From: Rhizodiscina lignyota
Taxonomy: Eukaryota
Assembly (NCBI GenBank): GCA_010015805.1
Contig: ML978121.1
Span: forward strand, 1,798,001 to 1,862,000
Length of the DNA stretch: 64,000 nt
Direction: 5' to 3'
Shown here: in pieces, positions 58,998 through 64,000 of the stretch
How the letters are laid out: every line of letters begins with the position of its first letter
Position numbering within the stretch: the first letter of the stretch is position 1
Notes under the pieces: model-generated
What the model was told of the DNA's origin: nothing
The model's database searches: none
What the model saw: the letters and a program-made list of their open reading frames with translations, nothing else
Made by a program: the position numbers and the translations under genes

Positions 58998-60019
58998 AAC
59001 GGCGAAAGCGAGCTCGACCCTTCACCTGGCTTTCCCCTGTTCCCTGAAGGCCATCAATCGGCCCCATTATCATGTACACCATAGACCCTGCCTGGCACAT
59101 TGCCGGTATGGGGAATACCCGTTGCTATTTCTGTTCGTATGCCTTACGATGGGCCAGCTCTCAAAGCCCAACAGGCATATTGGCGTTTCCCGGTCATATC
59201 TGGATATTTCAGCAAGCAGTACTGTCGTCGTTCGACAGAAGTTCGATGCTTGTTCGGTCTTGCGGTAGTTTATGTGATATGGATTGTTTGTTTGAGGCTT
59301 AAGTCGCTCGGTGGAGGGAGACTGCCCAACTGCTTTGCCGCCAGCAAAAAAATTGAGCTTAGATGATGACCTCTGTATCGAGACTGAAAATGAATTAGCC
59401 CTCCATCAGATACATTACAGCTCGATAATGAAACACATACCTCGTGATGATGCTGGCAAGAGAAACACGCCGCCAATTGTGCGATGCTTCGAATTCGATT
59501 ATCAAAATGCCAAGGATCGTGATGGTGCCGGTCCGTGCTGGGTTATAAAACAAGGTCTCTGAGCCCCGTCACTCCTCTAATAATTGCCACCACATCTTCT
59601 TTCTGATAAAGGCAATAAATTTGCAGAGTAATTGTGCTGCAGAGGCCCGCGAAGCAAAGCAATTTGATTCTCCTTGGGCCATGATATAATCATCGCTGAT
59701 GCACCCCTCGAAGTTCTTCGACGCGCTTCAACGCGGAGCACACTACCTTGATATGTTTCCAGGACAGTTAGCAAACGAGTAAGTGATTGCTTCACATAGA
59801 GCTCGAATTCTACGTATCAGGCGAGCAAATACTTTGTTGTTATTATCTTGTTCTGAAAATTTCTAATAAGATATCGTTATTAAAGTCCGTTGATTCTTTG
59901 ACGTCACTGACGTCTGATTGAGTTACATTGTCATATTTCATGATTCATACTAGTCAAGATCTTCTTTGTGCTTTGATCGACAATCGTATGAACAAATGCC
60001 TTTGATCTAGACTCACTAG

Positions 60020-62693
60020 TCCAGACCACCGTCGACGGACGCTTATCCAGGACAGAATCCAACCCAAATTTCGTATGGAGACATCTTCACTGGCCCAGCA
60101 AATCACCCTCCGCTACCACCTCGCCAAGATCACCCTGTATCTCAAGAGCATATTCTCCCTCACTCGTCACGCCCAGGGGCGGAAAGGCGCTTCAACAGCC
60201 AGCCGCAAACGACTCCTCAAACGAACAAGTTCTACGCAAACTTGTTACTTGGGGCCCAGTCAAATCCATGCTGGACACATCCTTACACGTTGGCATGGTC
60301 GAAAGGTGGAGGGAATGCAAGGAGTTGGGGCATGAGCATTGCACATACCGAGAGACATCAATTAGCTCTGGGTCCGAAGAATTCTTCTGGCGCTGTTCAG
60401 TACTTCCTCAACCCTGTTGGTATGTTTCTCATTCTCCGGTTGCGAGTTTCCCGCTGATTAAATTTTGCAGGAATCCAATCGATGCTGCTATCAGCGGCCG
60501 AGCTAGGTAGTAGCGCCCGACTAACACTTGACAATCTCCAAGCGTCGAGTGTAAACTTGCAGCTATCGAAAGACTCTGGGAGTCCGCCGCTCATGACACT
60601 TCCCTTGGTTCGTTAAAGGAGGGATATGAGCTAATCGATTGCATTCTAACGGAATACAGGTGCAAGGTATGGGATTCGTAACCGCGTTGTACCAGACTGC
60701 CACACCACTGGTGCAGTCTTCTGTATTCTTTCGTTCATTCTCCCCCGCAAGCTCAGTCAATAATGGGTCAACTTCGAAGTACAAGGTGATCCTTGAGGAC
60801 GGTTCGTTGGAGTTGCCTGCCGTGCCCGGTAGTTGCTGAACCCATTTAGGATGCACCTGGATTACATATGTTACCCCGTGCGCCGCATTTAAACAGCTGA
60901 ACAACACAACGATCAGCGGGCCTGCTTCGTTTAGGGGCATCGTACAAGTGGCTAAACTACCACAGGGGGCATCAGAAGATGTCTACGACTCTTCCGCAGG
61001 TGCGTACGCGTCGACTTGCACCATATCCGCATCCGTTGTGCGTAATTCGGCGCGCTACTCGTTCGGCTGGCACAAAGAAGGTGCCACATCCCGGCCATTG
61101 CTGATGTACGACTTTGTAAACTTCTTGCATGCATGGTACTAACGGGAACAGGTTCGCATTGCCACATCATGTGGAATCGTTTGACGATCGAACGGCAAAG
61201 GCAAAGAGACCGATTTACCTTCAAACTACTACGAAGGGTATGGCAACTGCAGTGCTTGCCGATAACTGGACGATGATTGAGCAAGTGCCGATTGAGATGG
61301 GCTTCGCACCTTGGCATCCAGAAAAGGGCTCTATCGTGACTCTCTCGCATGAGGCTACAATAGCTGTCGATAGCGCTGCAAGATCGGAGATTCAACAAGA
61401 CTACAATGCGCAGACGAATCTCGATAGGTGAGAAATACTATTGGCTGTGCAGCTACGTTTTCTGAAAAGGCTAAGCATCCCTTGTAGTATGTACTTCTCC
61501 GGCAAAGGCCTTGCAAAATTTGCAATGATGATATACGCCACGCATGACCTGGCACGGAATCCCGACCTCGCGAAAACGGGCCTGGCTAAATTAAAGAATG
61601 CATTTGCAGTCTTCGTACAGAATAAACAGAAGAATCCTTTGGTATAGTATGTTCTCACGTCAGTATTTAGTATCACCATCCACTTACCCATGAAAGCAAT
61701 ACATCCTGGAGGACTGTAGTGTCTACGGCCGGCCTTGGAGGTGATGCTGGCGCGGACTTCGGAAACTCATTCTGTAATGACCATCACTTGTGAGCAATTC
61801 GACAAATAATATAGCAGACAGAACACTGATATTCTATAGCCATTACGGATATTTCCTCTACACGGCGGCTGTTATTGGCTATCTCGACCCATCATGGATC
61901 CCGGGCGCAAACAAAGCTTTCGTGGATGCGCTGGCTCGCGATTATGCATCCCCTACTAATGACCAATACTTTCCATTCTCTCGATCCTTTGACATGTACC
62001 ATGGCCACTCCTGGGCGAAAGGTCTCTTCGAGAGCGGCGATGGTAAAGATCAAGAAAGCACTAGTGAGGATTCATTCGCGTCATACGCGTTGAAGATGTG
62101 GGGCAAGATCAGTGGAGATCACAACATGGAGGCACGAGGGGCTTTGATGCTTGCAATTCAGGCCCGCTCATTCCGACATTACTTCCTGATGGAAAGTGAC
62201 AACAAAAATCAGCCACCACAGTTCATCAACAATAAGGTCACTGGCATATTGTTCGAAAACAAGGTTGATCATGCCACGTATTTTGGCATGAACATCGAGT
62301 ACATTCAAGGTATCCATATGATACCACTCAGTCCGCCATCGGCCTTGACTCGCAGTAAAAAATTCGGTGAGTTGGTGCAGCATCTAACAGACACTTGCCT
62401 GAGGCGCTTACGTATCCATTAATAGTGAGCGAAGAGTGGGAAATGTACTTCAGTAAAGGTAGAGCGGATCATGTAGGCGGTGGATGGAGAGGCTTATTGT
62501 ACGCCAATCTCGCTTTGGTCGATCCCAAGGCTGCCTTTCGATTTTTCAATCAGCCGAACTTCGACCCTGGCCTGCTTGATGGCGGTGCATCAAGGTGTGT
62601 CAAATGAGCTGTCATTCCATTTTGCTCGAGCAAAACTGATGTGTTAATAGGACTTGGTACCTGGCATATACGGCTGCCCTTGGCGGTGCTTGA
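60020..62693 (+). CDS. GH81 endo-1,3-beta-glucanase (Acf2/Eng-like); 5' end unresolved
   Basis: Ten exons in frame: 60020-60419, 60471-60607, 60660-60801, 60850-61105, 61152-61427, 61488-61646, 61697-61789, 61840-62366, 62426-62594, 62651-62693. QTNKFYAN, MFALPHH, SMYFSGKGLAKFA, DFGNSFCNDHHFHYGY, GHSWAKGLFESGDGKDQESTSED, LDGGASRTWYL. Confidence 0.9.
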
Positions 62694-62864
62694 GATTGGC
62701 TATTGTGTGCGGATATTGAAGCCTAGAAGTAGAGATAAATTGATACTATCGCTCGCGGTTGAGCTCTATAAAGGTGGTCTGGGGGAGCATTAGAGTTTTG
62801 AAGCTTCACACGTAATTGAGGCTTGTCACAATGCAATAGAGCCGTAGCAAGCTGAGATTTGAAG

Positions 62865-63232
62865 TGTCACATACTTACATACTCTGTCTGTATCAACACT
62901 TGAACAGGGTTCAACCTCCCTCCGCAACCGGAGCTCTGTTGCAATCCAATCCCAGCTATATATATATTCGCACCTCTTCCTCTCTCTTACAACCCACAAC
63001 AACCTCTGCACCACTCAACTTATTCTGCACCACTCAACTTACCTCTGCATCACTCAACTTACTTCTGCTGCGCTCAACTTACTCTGCATCACTCAACTTA
63101 ATTCTGAATACGTTCAACTCAGCAATTCAGAACATTCAGACTTGCGGTAAGTTCTTACTGAAGAGACCACCAATCAACGCGTCGGCAGCCACGTGAACGC
63201 GCGCGGGAGCTAACGCGCCCCGTCCCGTGACG
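62865..63232 (+). mobile_element. Candidate solo LTR (Ty3/gypsy-like ends)
   Basis: Begins TGTCAC and ends CCCGTGACG (one mismatch from the GTGACA inverted terminus). Internal TATATATATA followed by a CT-rich tract, plus a minisatellite. No target-site duplication seen. Confidence 0.35.
63004..63120. repeat. Minisatellite, 19-21-bp unit, about 6 copies (TCTGCAYCACTCAACTTAY)
   Basis: CTCAACTTA recurs at 63014, 63033, 63053, 63073 and 63092, with a degenerate copy at 63113. Confidence 0.9.
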
Positions 63233-64000
63233 CCGCCTTGTCTCACCGTCCACATTCTTTATCACATTTCTCTCGATCTTGCTGCGTCACTATCTGCAGG
63301 ATCCCTTGCAAATACCACTTACGAGGCAGAAGGCTTACTCTTGCTGCTCTGCCAGCGGGTCCGGGGGACGCGCCTTACTCTTCCGCGCCAATTGGCTCTC
63401 GGAGACCTCCTCGGCTTCTCCTTCTGTGAGTTGGCCTTCTGCAGTGGCACCTTGCGCATCCTTCGAATCAAGGAATCAATCATTTGCTTCTCGCATCTCT
63501 CGCTGAACTTGTCTTCTTATTCATCTTCAACATCCATCCATACCATCGCTCACAAGGCAAAATTATCCAAGCATTCTCATAAAAGTCTCACACTCGCTCT
63601 GTCAGGCTATTCAGAACCATCTTCACAAGCTTGCACATTGACCGAAGACCTGACTCCAAGTCACCTTTTCGAACCCCGACTATTACAACTGGTCCCAAAT
63701 AGCGACATTGGAGAGAACATCCGCGTCTCTGAAGCCAGACCTATAAATTGACCGGTATGTCCTAACGCTGCTTTGATTGTTCTTTGATATGCCCACATTT
63801 CGTCATAGGCAGCATCCTAGTGGCTCTTTGAACCGCACTAGCTTCTCTCTTTCACTTTTGTCTCTCGTTATTTGATGTCACATACCACTCACGGTAACTC
63901 GCATACCAAGCAATTGTCTGCGTTGTTTGACAACACTCTCGCGGGTTTGACCTGCTGTCTCTCAGCTGATCCATTGCAATATAAATACTTACTACCTATG

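Noticed and set aside
29324..62693. GH128, GH3, GH81, PSA1 and RER2 as a cell-wall/glucan cluster
   Set aside because: Scattered over 33 kb among unrelated housekeeping genes with no shared motif seen.
63004..63120. CRISPR-like periodic repeat
   Set aside because: Units are head-to-tail with no unique spacers, the context is eukaryotic and there are no cas genes; it is a minisatellite.
63227..63751. 174-aa plus-strand ORF
   Set aside because: GTG start, L/S-rich, and reads as the antisense of purine-rich degenerate sequence; not a credible gene.

Overview
Gene-dense, intron-containing chromosomal DNA from a filamentous ascomycete (Pezizomycotina; Dothideomycete-like is an inference from protein style). 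Introns are mostly 45-60 nt with GT..CTRAC..AG signals. About 23 protein-coding loci were reconstructed by hand, including splice junctions. Housekeeping core: transportin Kap104, a Zn2Cys6 transcription factor, Uch37, an allantoate-type MFS permease, a Bni4-like protein, a GH128 glucanase, Blm10/PA200, Psf3, cis-prenyltransferase, Rpl8, a PrnX-like protein, a SET methyltransferase, a beta-carbonic anhydrase and Psa1/Mpg1. The right-hand ~10 kb looks more accessory, with a deleted GH3 pseudogene, an uncharacterised protein, a GH81 glucanase and a probable solo LTR containing a minisatellite. Best hunt results: (1) a compact SHLD2 (shieldin subunit 2)-like gene at 18518-19645, with an apparent bipartite N-terminal REV7/SHLD3-binding motif plus one SHLD2-type OB fold, behind a triple MCB-like box; (2) its divergent neighbour, a HeLo-like/ankyrin gene with intact splicing that is broken by one in-frame TGA; (3) a cryptic terminal intron that would swap the C-terminus of the Zn2Cys6 factor; (4) a structured first intron in RPL8. 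No rRNA, tRNA or CRISPR array was recognised. All homology calls come from motif recognition and memory, not database searches.
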